From a virus (lineage: Duplodnaviria > Heunggongvirae > Uroviricota > Caudoviricetes), in IMG/VR virus record IMGVR_UViG_3300011339_000564, positions 14,318 to 78,317 of that record: a DNA stretch of 64,000 bases; one strand, given 5' to 3'. The notes under the pieces were generated by a model. The model did no database searches and was not told where the DNA came from. It was given only the letters and a program-made list of their open reading frames with translations. A program made the position numbers and the translations under genes. Of this stretch, positions 43,175 through 51,574 are shown in pieces. Numbering within the stretch: the stretch's first letter is position 1; every line of letters begins with the position of its first letter.

Positions 43175-44955
43175 CAGTGTTTCAATAATAATGTAGAAAT
43201 GATGTTAGGATCGTTAGCACTGATATCACCTTCACCGGGTGCAACGATAACATTGTACTTCATACCGGCTGGTATTGATTTACGTTTAGCCATGTACTGA
43301 TTATAGTCTAATATAGAGTTGGCACTTAATCCATACTCTTTTGCAAGACGATTCTTTAGTTCAGGTAACTTATCAGGTTGTACTTGCCATTGGCCTTCTG
43401 ACCCCTTAACTAAGTTTTTCTTTTCGTCCTTAACTAATAAATCTTGGAACAAGTCATCTGGAACAATACGACTATTCTTAGTTTTATCTAAGTTAGCATC
43501 ACTTGCCTTAACTTGTTTCTCTTGTGATGTATGAGCACCTTCACTCCAATTGATAATAAAGTTAGGTGGCTTCTGACCTAATGCGGCACCAGCCATCTTT
43601 GTGTAAGCATAGAACTTAGTATCAGGATGCTTTGCAGCCATCTTTAATGCCAAGTCTAAATATTCTGGGCTGAAGAAGTCACCAGCATCATGCCAACGAA
43701 TAGTAGTTTGCCAACCTTTAGGGAATTTCTTATCACCCTTTTGACCAGCTTGTTCTTCTTTGCTAATCTCACTACTTAATTGATTGAAGAACCCGTCTGG
43801 ATCATTCAATAGATATGTTAATATTCTTCCGTCACTTTGCCATGCGTTCTTAAACTGAATTTTTCCGCCCTTCATAGCAAAACAATCTATTTTACATGAG
43901 CCTGCGCCCGGGCATGTATTAACAATGATTAGTTTATTTGTTTGTTCGTCTAGTGCAATACCAGTCAATGCCGCAAAGCCAACGTTGAAGAATTGTTCAA
44001 ACTCTCCGTTACTATGCTTCATCTTTTCGTTTTGCTTTAGTAATGATTTAGGGCGTTGTGACAATGTTTTCTTAACTGCATCCTCATCATATGTTGCACC
44101 ATCTGGACCTAAGTATTCAACTACACTACTACGGTGGATATAAGGCATTTTGTATCTATCTGTTTTTGTTTTACCAGATACATATTTTTCATTACCCTTT
44201 TTATCTACCTTAACATTACCTGCTTTGTCTGTATCAGGAGTACCAACAATACGTTTCATGTAATCTTGGAACTCATCGCCACCAAACTCACGGCTACTTG
44301 CTGGCAGTTTAGTTGCTTCTTCTAAGCCAGATAGTTTGCGAATTCTATCTAAGCCTTCCGCCACACCTTCATTTGCACTTTGACTAGCCAATTTATAAAT
44401 ATACGCAGTACCGTTGGGTAATAGATACGTAGTATAATTTCCTATACCCCTCTCACCCATTTGAGCCTGTTGAATTGTTATCATTTTTGCGCCGCGCGGC
44501 GTTGGGCCATCATTAGGTACCAGCATACCTTTATATTCTTTGCCTCCATGGTGCACAACTATACCAGTGTCGCTTCGTTCTACTTTTTCTGCTGTATCAA
44601 CATTTTGATTTGGCATCTGACCACCAGATTTTTCTGCACTGGCTTGAAATCCTTGTTGAGCCATTTGTTGTGCGGCACTAGGTGACATTTGGCCATCAGC
44701 ACCAAGACTAACTCTTGCGTGTGCAGAGCCAGCTGACCCTAACGCACCCATTGCACCTAATGCCATTGCACCTGTTGCGGCTGCTTTTTTCCAATTAATT
44801 TCGTCAAGTTGCTCTTCCGTCATACCTTCTTCTGATTCTTCATCGGGCATATCACCCGCTTTAGTAACGAATTGCTGAGGTGTCATAATTTGGATGCCAC
44901 TAGGTGCTCCAGGCATTTTTGGCTCTACGCCTTCGAATAGTTCTTTGAAATTCAT
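43174..44955 (-). CDS. Large modular protein with a CTS-like N-terminus, an internal signal-peptide-like segment and a Cys-rich C-terminal domain
   Basis: N-terminus MNFKELFEG. EGMTEEQLDEINWKKAAATGAMALGAMGALGSAGSAHA. One NEGVAEG motif. The C-terminal TCPGAGSCKIDCFAMKG...IRWHDAGDF...YAYTK recalls the phage GP88-type domain (from memory, unverified). Confidence 0.6.
   Translation of the reverse strand: MNFKELFEGVEPKMPGAPSGIQIMTPQQFVTKAGDMPDEESEEGMTEEQLDEINWKKAAATGAMALGAMGALGSAGSAHARVSLGADGQMSPSAAQQMAQQGFQASAEKSGGQMPNQNVDTAEKVERSDTGIVVHHGGKEYKGMLVPNDGPTPRGAKMITIQQAQMGERGIGNYTTYLLPNGTAYIYKLASQSANEGVAEGLDRIRKLSGLEEATKLPASSREFGGDEFQDYMKRIVGTPDTDKAGNVKVDKKGNEKYVSGKTKTDRYKMPYIHRSSVVEYLGPDGATYDEDAVKKTLSQRPKSLLKQNEKMKHSNGEFEQFFNVGFAALTGIALDEQTNKLIIVNTCPGAGSCKIDCFAMKGGKIQFKNAWQSDGRILTYLLNDPDGFFNQLSSEISKEEQAGQKGDKKFPKGWQTTIRWHDAGDFFSPEYLDLALKMAAKHPDTKFYAYTKMAGAALGQKPPNFIINWSEGAHTSQEKQVKASDANLDKTKNSRIVPDDLFQDLLVKDEKKNLVKGSEGQWQVQPDKLPELKNRLAKEYGLSANSILDYNQYMAKRKSIPAGMKYNVIVAPGEGDISANDPNIISTLLLKH
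44353..44370 (-). repeat. Copy of the dispersed motif (reverse complement GAAGGTGTGGCGGAAGGC, EGVAEG)
   Basis: Contains the exact 16-mer core on the minus strand. Confidence 0.85.
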
Positions 44956-45644
44956 TTCTTGTGGTTCCTAATAAATTGTTCTGCTAGCATTACTAATTCT
45001 TGCATTTGCTCAATAGATTCACAATGCCATCTACGTAAACTCTTATTAATATTGCTGTTTGGATCACGTGCTGTTTTAGCACTTGTACGATGTTTCTTCA
45101 TACCGCGCATTCTAGCGCAAAAACTAGCACGGCGCTTTGCGTCCTTGCTACCCTTTTTAATCTTGCTTGGCTTTTTAGTAACTGCTGTTTGAATCTTGCT
45201 ACCAGGATGACTACGGCGATAACTACTTACAGATTTTTTACTCATCCCACCTACACGTTTGTTATTGTGCTTTGACCAATTCTCGCCTTCCGCCACACCT
45301 TGACTTAATAATTTTTTAACAGATATTGGACCTGATTGATTTTCTGCACCGGTTAAAAATTCATTTCCCCATGGGGTTATCCAACCATCAAATTCAATAT
45401 CATTGCCTTGAACCATAATATCATTATTACCATCAAGGTTTTGATATCCATTCAACTCTTTGTACCATTTTCTTAATGATTGTAACTTGTATGGACCTTT
45501 GTAGCCTTGTTTTTTCAAAATAGAAATAATTTCCGGAGTAAATCCAACTGGTTGACCCTCAGATACTTTCTCTTTTTTGCTAATAGCAATAGCGGCTTGT
45601 TGTGCTGGATTTGCGGCTTCTGTTAAAATTTCTGTTATTCTCAT
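44952..45644 (-). CDS. Hypothetical protein with a CTS-like N-terminus and a basic C-terminal domain
   Basis: N-terminus MRITEILTEAA, one SQGVAEG motif, and a basic C-terminus RRASFCARMRGMKKHR...RRWHC. Confidence 0.6.
   Translation of the reverse strand: MRITEILTEAANPAQQAAIAISKKEKVSEGQPVGFTPEIISILKKQGYKGPYKLQSLRKWYKELNGYQNLDGNNDIMVQGNDIEFDGWITPWGNEFLTGAENQSGPISVKKLLSQGVAEGENWSKHNNKRVGGMSKKSVSSYRRSHPGSKIQTAVTKKPSKIKKGSKDAKRRASFCARMRGMKKHRTSAKTARDPNSNINKSLRRWHCESIEQMQELVMLAEQFIRNHKK
45285..45302 (-). repeat. Copy of the dispersed motif (reverse complement CAAGGTGTGGCGGAAGGC, QGVAEG)
   Basis: Contains the exact 16-mer core on the minus strand. Confidence 0.85.
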
Positions 45645-45662
45645 AATGGTATCCGTAAATAG

Positions 45663-45691
45663 TTGACTTTATTGCGTAGTTGTGCTACACT
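45663..45691 (+). promoter_or_regulatory. sigma70-type promoter TTGACT-17-TGcTACACT
   Basis: TTGACT at 45663-45668 and TACACT at 45686-45691 with an extended TG. This argues that the uvdE-like gene starts at the ATG at 45721 rather than at 45682. Confidence 0.5.
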
Positions 45692-45699
45692 GTATATAT

Positions 45700-45708
45700 T
45701 ATTTATCA
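45700..45708 (-). promoter_or_regulatory. TGATAAATA motif on the minus strand (candidate late promoter for the 45644-41300 operon)
   Basis: TATTTATCA on the + strand, 56 nt upstream of the minus-strand ATG at 45644. Confidence 0.3.
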
Positions 45709-45720
45709 CTTTGGGCTTTT

Positions 45721-46749
45721 ATGTACACAAATCAATCAGTCAAACGTATCGGCTTTGCTTGCAAATGGGCAGAAATCAACAAGAAAGGTGAAATTGCTTC
45801 AGCCGAAGGTCTTAACACTGGCGGCACAACTCATGCTTGGGCAAAGCGTAATAGTCGTAATGTAGTAGAAGAAAAGATTATGGATGTTGCAAAACGCAAT
45901 ATTATGAATACACATGCACTAGTTAAACGTGTCGCTACACTAGAACCACAATTACGTATGTTGCGTCTTACTAGCGATATGCTGAGTTTTTACACACTAG
46001 ATGAATATAAAGGCTTTTGGCAAAGTAGTGATGTACAAAACAGCTTGGCTCGATGGTTTGCCCCGATCGGGGAAACAGCACGTGCCAATGATGTTCGTCT
46101 TAGTTTTCACCCTGACCAGTTTGTAGTTTTAGCAAGCGACCGTGAAGAAGTAGTAAATAAGAGTATTGAAGAATTTGAATATCATTGTGACATGGTTCGT
46201 TGGATGGGCTATGGCAAAGAGTTTCAAGACTTCAAAGTAAATGTACATATCTCGGGACGTAAAGGCCCACAAGGCATCAGGGATGTGTACAACAGATTGT
46301 CGCCAGAAGCGAGAAACACACTAACACTAGAGAATGAGGAATACACACATGGACTTACTGACTGCTTATCATTATCTGACCTCGTACCTACGGTCATGGA
46401 CATACATCACAATTGGATTCGTGAGGGAGAATATATTTCCCCCAATGATGACAACGTTAAAAAGGTTATTGATAGTTGGCGCGGTATTAGGCCTACTTTA
46501 CATTACTCCGTCAGCCGTGAAGATGTACTTGTCGGGCATTCCGGATCACAGTTACCCGATCATGGTGCGTTGATTGAATCTGGATACAGTAAGCAAAAAC
46601 TTCGGGCACATAGTGATTACTATTGGAACGAAGCTGTGAACGATTGGGCATTGACATTCATTGATAAATTTGATATGATGTGTGAATCGAAGGCAAAGAA
46701 TCTTGCCAGCTTTAAATTATTAGAGAGATATAAATGTTTGACAAAATAA
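45721..46749 (+). CDS. uvdE: UV damage endonuclease (UvdE family)
   Basis: RIGFACKW, LRLTSDMLSFYT, RLSFHPDQFVVLAS, TLENEE, MDIHHNW and LHYSVSRE match the UvdE TIM-barrel motif series. Confidence 0.7.
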   Translation: MYTNQSVKRIGFACKWAEINKKGEIASAEGLNTGGTTHAWAKRNSRNVVEEKIMDVAKRNIMNTHALVKRVATLEPQLRMLRLTSDMLSFYTLDEYKGFWQSSDVQNSLARWFAPIGETARANDVRLSFHPDQFVVLASDREEVVNKSIEEFEYHCDMVRWMGYGKEFQDFKVNVHISGRKGPQGIRDVYNRLSPEARNTLTLENEEYTHGLTDCLSLSDLVPTVMDIHHNWIREGEYISPNDDNVKKVIDSWRGIRPTLHYSVSREDVLVGHSGSQLPDHGALIESGYSKQKLRAHSDYYWNEAVNDWALTFIDKFDMMCESKAKNLASFKLLERYKCLTK

Positions 46750-47165
46750 AAAACTTATTTAAAAAGCCAGAACCTGTAAAGCCTGTACAGCAAAAGAAAC
46801 CACGACAGCCTAAAAAGAAGAAGGAAGATACACCTCTTTCAGAAAAAGAAAAAGCTACAATGGAAGGCATGCCCTATGTTAATATTCTTAAAATGGAACT
46901 AGATCCATACGATATTAATACAGGTGCATTTGAATTAGATTGGAACGATAAGTTTGTATTGAACTTAATCAAATCTGGATTTAAGATTCGTGAGGATGAT
47001 ACTGATACAATGATTGTTGAACGTTGGTTTCAAACAGTATGCCGCAATGTCGCACTAGAACTCTATGAACAGCAACAAGCTGATCCAGAGAATCGTACAA
47101 TGGCTAGTGAAATGCGTGTGGTCCGTGCTAAAGATTTGGGCGATGGCCGTACTGAGGTAAGCTAA
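46734..47165 (+). CDS. Hypothetical protein with a Lys/Pro-rich N-terminus
   Basis: 143-aa ORF overlapping the uvdE-like 3' end. Confidence 0.5.
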   Translation: MFDKIKNLFKKPEPVKPVQQKKPRQPKKKKEDTPLSEKEKATMEGMPYVNILKMELDPYDINTGAFELDWNDKFVLNLIKSGFKIREDDTDTMIVERWFQTVCRNVALELYEQQQADPENRTMASEMRVVRAKDLGDGRTEVS

Positions 47166-47191
47166 TTTACCCAAAATCTTAACGAATAAAG

Positions 47192-47220
47192 TTGACATAT
47201 ATTCCATTTAACTGTATAAT
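47192..47220 (+). promoter_or_regulatory. sigma70-type promoter TTGACA-17-TGtTATAAT
   Basis: TTGACA at 47192-47197 and TATAAT at 47215-47220. Confidence 0.6.
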
Positions 47221-47255
47221 ACTATTTCTTTCAACAACTCTTAAGGGGTAAACAA

Positions 47256-48440
47256 ATGGCTTATTTCTATAAATGGAAAAACAATAGTCAAAAACGCAAA
47301 CTTGTCCCAATCGACAATAAACTCAAACGTGAGAAGAATACCTTTAAGGTTAAGGATGTTGTTGGATTAGCAAAAGAATTGAATGATCCTTCCAATACAG
47401 GATGGCATGACAACATTGCACACTATACTGCAAACAATATTTATTTTGAACTTAACAAGCGTCCTAAGCATGACCAAATTGAATTGCGTCTGTTACTTAG
47501 TGACGAGGACATTCAACGGTTGTTAGATGGTGGACACTGTGCTGACATTTCGGCCCCGGGAGTATTTGATGAGCGCAGACTTAATCCCATTTTTGCTGTA
47601 AAATTACCTAACGAAGATTATTTTCACGTTACTGATGGCCAACACACTCTTGCAGTTATTGCTGGATTAGCACTAGCAGGTAGATTGAAACTTAATGGTA
47701 AAATCATTGAGTCAAAAGATTGGTTGAGCGTTAAGGTTGATGTGATGTATGTAGAAAGTGATAGCCTAAGTTTTGCACGTAAACACTTCCTATATATCAA
47801 TGGTGAAGGTAAGAAACCAATTGAAGAATATGATACTCATGCAGTTAATACATTATGTGTTCGTTTAGATAGTGATACTGATCCAGATTCTCTCAAAGCA
47901 GAAGAATTGCAGGCTATTGCAGAAGAATATGGTATTACTACATTACCTAAAAATCATTCTCAATCAGAAGAACCAAACGCAGTAACTCACATTAGTGGTA
48001 TGAATAAGATGACTGCTGAGGCATGGCGCTTCTTATGTGCAAATCACGCAAAATATTGGTCAAGCGAGAAAGTTGACAATGCTGAATTTGGTTTGTTTGG
48101 TGGACTGTATGAACATTGTACTAAAACTAAATCTGGAATACGTACTGATACTAAAGCATTCACTGAATTTCTCCGTGATTTTAATGCTACAGTAAAAGAA
48201 GTTTTTGTAAATCCAAATGGATTAAAGGAAGCTACTACTGAAGCATATAAAAAGTATTCACTGCAAACAGTTAAGTATGAAAAAAGTCCTGATAAAACAG
48301 TTGCATTGGCAATCGTACTAAAGATTTACAAAAAAGCAGGTGGCACACATATTGTTCCCGGAGTTATTATGGCTCACGCACAAGATGGGTACGATGTTAC
48401 TGATTTTCTTTCTGATGAAATTAAGGCAAAGTTACCATGA
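47256..48440 (+). CDS. DGQH(R)-motif ParB-like domain protein (DndB/DpdB/DUF262-like)
   Basis: YFHVTDGQHTLAVIAGLALAG resembles the DGQHR (DndB, DpdB) and DGQQR (DUF262) motifs. 394 aa. Confidence 0.45.
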   Translation: MAYFYKWKNNSQKRKLVPIDNKLKREKNTFKVKDVVGLAKELNDPSNTGWHDNIAHYTANNIYFELNKRPKHDQIELRLLLSDEDIQRLLDGGHCADISAPGVFDERRLNPIFAVKLPNEDYFHVTDGQHTLAVIAGLALAGRLKLNGKIIESKDWLSVKVDVMYVESDSLSFARKHFLYINGEGKKPIEEYDTHAVNTLCVRLDSDTDPDSLKAEELQAIAEEYGITTLPKNHSQSEEPNAVTHISGMNKMTAEAWRFLCANHAKYWSSEKVDNAEFGLFGGLYEHCTKTKSGIRTDTKAFTEFLRDFNATVKEVFVNPNGLKEATTEAYKKYSLQTVKYEKSPDKTVALAIVLKIYKKAGGTHIVPGVIMAHAQDGYDVTDFLSDEIKAKLP

Positions 48441-48859
48441 AATGGTTCTATGTTATTAAAACAAGTCACAATGACACACTAGGATTTGGAATTACTATTC
48501 ATTTGTCTAAACGATTAGTTGATGGTTATTGTAATCCTAGTGCGGCAAAACAACAATTTTCAAAATTGTATTATGGAGAAAATCTCCATATCAATCAATT
48601 AGAAAAATATATCAAACAGGTATATAGTAATAAACGATTAAACTTTACTAACACACGTACCCGTAAATTAGAATGGATAGATCCAAAATATGACATTTCA
48701 ATTGAGGATTTGATTGATACTGTTGAGGATCGTATTTTGGGCTACCCATTACCTATCAAACGTATCAGGGATAAATTCTTACCATACACCCTTGATAATC
48801 CGGATATCTTTAAAACAATCAATGAGAATCCTGATTTGTTTTTGGAACAACTCGGTTGA
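48437..48859 (+). CDS. Hypothetical protein (weak GIY-YIG-like N-terminus)
   Basis: WFYVIKTSHNDTLGFGITIHLSKRL is loosely similar to GIY...YIGxT...R. Not decisive. Confidence 0.3.
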   Translation: MKWFYVIKTSHNDTLGFGITIHLSKRLVDGYCNPSAAKQQFSKLYYGENLHINQLEKYIKQVYSNKRLNFTNTRTRKLEWIDPKYDISIEDLIDTVEDRILGYPLPIKRIRDKFLPYTLDNPDIFKTINENPDLFLEQLG

Positions 48860-48884
48860 CAACATCTAAATAGTAGTATATAAT
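48856..48884 (+). promoter_or_regulatory. sigma70-type promoter TTGACA-17-TATAAT; leaderless transcript predicted
   Basis: The -35 at 48856-48861 contains the upstream stop TGA (48857-48859). The -10 is at 48879-48884 and the ATG at 48891 follows 6 nt later. Confidence 0.6.
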
Positions 48885-48890
48885 AGACAC

Positions 48891-49889
48891 ATGAAATACG
48901 CACTCATTGACACAGCAAATACATTCTTCCGTGCCCGTCACATTGCATCACGTAATAGTGATACATGGGAAAAGATCGGCATGGCCCTACACTTGACATT
49001 GGCAAGTACTAATCAAATTGTTCGCAAGTTTGGTGTGGATCACGTTGTGTTTTGTTTAGAGGGTCGTAGCTGGCGCAAAAGTTTCTACGAGCCATACAAG
49101 AAAAATCGCATTGTTGATACACTATCACAAACAGAAGCCGAGATTGAAGAAAATAAAATGTTCTGGGAGACGTATGAAGTATTTACAAATTTTTTACGTG
49201 AGAAAACTAATGTTAGTGTCCTTCGTCATGCTGAGGCTGAGGCTGATGACTTAATTGCACGTTTCATTCACTTGCATCCCGATGATGAACATTTTATTAT
49301 CAGTAGCGATAGCGACTATGTGCAATTGATTACCGAAAATGTAAAACAATATAATGGGGTAGCTAATCAACTGATTACGTTAGATGGTTACTTTGATGAC
49401 AAGGGTAAGATTGTCAAAGATAAGAAAACTAAAGAACCCAAGCTACTAGAAGATCCACAATATTTGCTATTTAAAAAATGTATGCGGGGTGATGGTACTG
49501 ACAATGTGTTTAGTGCTTATCCTGGTGTGCGTGAGAAAGGTAGCAAGAATAAAGTTGGCTTGATGGAAGCATATGCTGATAGAGAAAAACAGGGCTACCA
49601 GTGGAACAATCTACTACTTCAACGCTGGCTAGACCATAATGGAGTAGAACATCGTGTACGTGAGGATTATGAACGTAATCGTATACTAATTGATTTGACT
49701 GCACAACCTCAGGATATCAAAGACAAGGTTGATGCTAGTATCATTGAGGGTGTTCGTACAACTACTACCCCTCAAGTTGGTATTCACTTTATGCGATTCT
49801 GTGGCAAATATGAGTTGACTAAGATTAGTGAACAAGCAGAAACATATGCGAAATGGTTGAATAGTCCTTACATGGGAAGTTTAGTATGA
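48891..49889 (+). CDS. 5'-3' exonuclease / flap endonuclease (T4 RNase H-like)
   Basis: LIDTANTFFRARH, AEAEADDLIA, ISSDSDYVQL, and an H3TH-like GDGTDNV. Confidence 0.8.
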   Translation: MKYALIDTANTFFRARHIASRNSDTWEKIGMALHLTLASTNQIVRKFGVDHVVFCLEGRSWRKSFYEPYKKNRIVDTLSQTEAEIEENKMFWETYEVFTNFLREKTNVSVLRHAEAEADDLIARFIHLHPDDEHFIISSDSDYVQLITENVKQYNGVANQLITLDGYFDDKGKIVKDKKTKEPKLLEDPQYLLFKKCMRGDGTDNVFSAYPGVREKGSKNKVGLMEAYADREKQGYQWNNLLLQRWLDHNGVEHRVREDYERNRILIDLTAQPQDIKDKVDASIIEGVRTTTTPQVGIHFMRFCGKYELTKISEQAETYAKWLNSPYMGSLV

Positions 49890-50092
49890 ATGAAATAATT
49901 AAAGAACTAATGAAACATGCCGGTACTGATACTAGTGGTAAATGGATGGGTGTAGAACACGCTGAAAAGTTCACCGAATTGATTGTGCAGGAATGTGCTG
50001 ATGTTCTATTAAAGTGGAAGGGTGAACCCTTTCCATTTGATGAAGACCTTGCGGCAAGTCTAATTAAAGAACATTTCGGAGTTGGATCGTGA
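49886..50092 (+). CDS. Member of the small 'FAELIVREC...HFGVEE' paralog family
   Basis: MNEIIKELMKHAG...KFTELIVQECADV...KEHFGVGS. Confidence 0.6.
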   Translation: MNEIIKELMKHAGTDTSGKWMGVEHAEKFTELIVQECADVLLKWKGEPFPFDEDLAASLIKEHFGVGS

Positions 50093-50292
50093 ACGAACGA
50101 ATTAAACAGATTGCAGATGACTGCGGATTGTATATTGCCTACGACAATAGAGAAGTGACTAACAAAGAGTTATCATTTTTTGCCGAGACAATCGTGCGAG
50201 AATGTATGGATGTTGTTAGTAAAGCCACTGCCAGTCCAAACGGATATCAGGCTCTTATGAAACATTTCGGAGTTGATAATGTGGGCACGTGA
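50089..50292 (+). CDS. Member of the small 'FAELIVREC...HFGVEE' paralog family
   Basis: GTG start. MNERIKQIADDCG...FFAETIVRECMDV...MKHFGVDN. Confidence 0.6.
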   Translation: MNERIKQIADDCGLYIAYDNREVTNKELSFFAETIVRECMDVVSKATASPNGYQALMKHFGVDNVGT

Positions 50293-50479
50293 ACAAAGTA
50301 TACACTATCTCAAACAGTATATTCATGCCAGGAAAACAACACCATGGGTTGTGAGTATGTGTCCCAATAGTGAAGAACGTGCTAGATGTGCTATACAATA
50401 CTTAGGTGGCATGGCCGGAGATTGGTATGGTAACCGAAATGACTGTCACTACTATTATTCTCAACAGGTAAAAGAATGA
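50279..50479 (+). CDS. Hypothetical protein
   Basis: The ATG at 50279 is preferred over the TTG at 50273. 66 aa. Confidence 0.45.
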   Translation: MWAREQSIHYLKQYIHARKTTPWVVSMCPNSEERARCAIQYLGGMAGDWYGNRNDCHYYYSQQVKE

Positions 50480-50619
50480 AACTATACAAACACAGCAACG
50501 GTAAGTCAAGTCTCTTCCCCGAGCATATCCCTAAGGGTTGGGAAGTTATGTTGAAGCCAACTACATTCGAAATTGTATGGCGTAGAATTAAATCAGGCCT
50601 ACTGCATATCAAGCGTTAA
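50476..50619 (+). CDS. Small hypothetical protein (47 aa, below the track cutoff)
   Basis: ATGA overlap with the upstream stop. Translation MKLYKHSNGKSSLFPEHIPKGWEVMLKPTTFEIVWRRIKSGLLHIKR. Confidence 0.4.
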   Translation: MKLYKHSNGKSSLFPEHIPKGWEVMLKPTTFEIVWRRIKSGLLHIKR

Positions 50620-50645
50620 TGGAACATTGGAGTATTGAAGAATGA
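50619..50645 (+). pseudogene. 8-codon mini-ORF MEHWSIEE resembling the conserved family 3' end (...HFGVEE-ATGA); possible decayed remnant
   Basis: GGAACATTGGAGTATTGAAGAATGAAC versus the family consensus GAACATTTCGGAGTTGAAGAATGAA, with the same ATGA junction to the next gene (50642). Confidence 0.3.
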
Positions 50646-50869
50646 ACTACTCATTCCCTGACAAAATTATCAAAACGATTAGGAAAGATGATCCAGACTT
50701 TCATATTGTTAATGGCATCACTATGGCACCACGTGCAGGGTTTGAGATTAGTAACAAATGTCCGAGTCAATATAAATTTATGATTATAGAAGCTATTAAC
50801 AATGGTTGGCTCAAACCCATAGCATACATGAAAGATTCTGAATATATGTGGGAAAAACTAGGAGAATAA
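50642..50869 (+). CDS. Hypothetical protein
   Basis: 75-aa ORF in the coupled operon. Confidence 0.55.
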   Translation: MNYSFPDKIIKTIRKDDPDFHIVNGITMAPRAGFEISNKCPSQYKFMIIEAINNGWLKPIAYMKDSEYMWEKLGE

Positions 50870-50870
50870 T

Positions 50871-51113
50871 ATGAATGATGAAGGACGAGAATACATTATC
50901 AATGGATTAACCCCAGCAGAAGTTAAAATGCTTGAAATAATGTGGAATATCCAATCGTCTGACGATATGGAAGATTGGTTAATGAGCCTTAGTCGTAAAA
51001 AACGTGTAATGGCGCATCGTCTTAAAATGTTGTTGCTCATTGAAATGATTGATTATGATGCAATAAAAGATTTGTCTATAGCCAAAACTTACTTGAAAAA
51101 GTTTCAATTATGA
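50871..51113 (+). CDS. Hypothetical protein
   Basis: 80-aa ORF starting 1 nt after the upstream stop. Confidence 0.55.
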   Translation: MNDEGREYIINGLTPAEVKMLEIMWNIQSSDDMEDWLMSLSRKKRVMAHRLKMLLLIEMIDYDAIKDLSIAKTYLKKFQL

Positions 51114-51574
51114 AAAAAATATTTTATGAAAAGGTAGGTCGTAGATACGTACCAGTGTACGAATACGACCAAACCATGATGGATGCTTTTCCCAAAGGTA
51201 ATCACATTGTGATGTGCTACCCAGGGGGACAAAGCCGTCGGTACAATATTGATCCCAACTATGCGGCTATGATTGCCGCAGGGCGTGTAGCTGAGGATGC
51301 TATTAGCAGTGCTATTCACAAAGCAAGCGAACTAAGTCCACAACGAACACCACTAACTAAGAGTCAACTTAAGGCTTGGCAGAACTTGGCTAAAGAGTTT
51401 GGTGAAGAGCTTTGCACCTTGCAAGGGGCAAGCACCCGAGACATTGCGGAAGCAGGCGTAAAGGCTATGATGGAAGAGGCTAATAAATTGATGTCAAATC
51501 CAGCCGCTAAAAAAGCATTCGAACATTTTCTTTTAGTGTGTGAATTAACTAAAGAACAACATGAACCTAGCTGA
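51110..51574 (+). CDS. Hypothetical protein
   Basis: 154-aa ORF with ATGA overlap. Confidence 0.55.
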   Translation: MKKIFYEKVGRRYVPVYEYDQTMMDAFPKGNHIVMCYPGGQSRRYNIDPNYAAMIAAGRVAEDAISSAIHKASELSPQRTPLTKSQLKAWQNLAKEFGEELCTLQGASTRDIAEAGVKAMMEEANKLMSNPAAKKAFEHFLLVCELTKEQHEPS

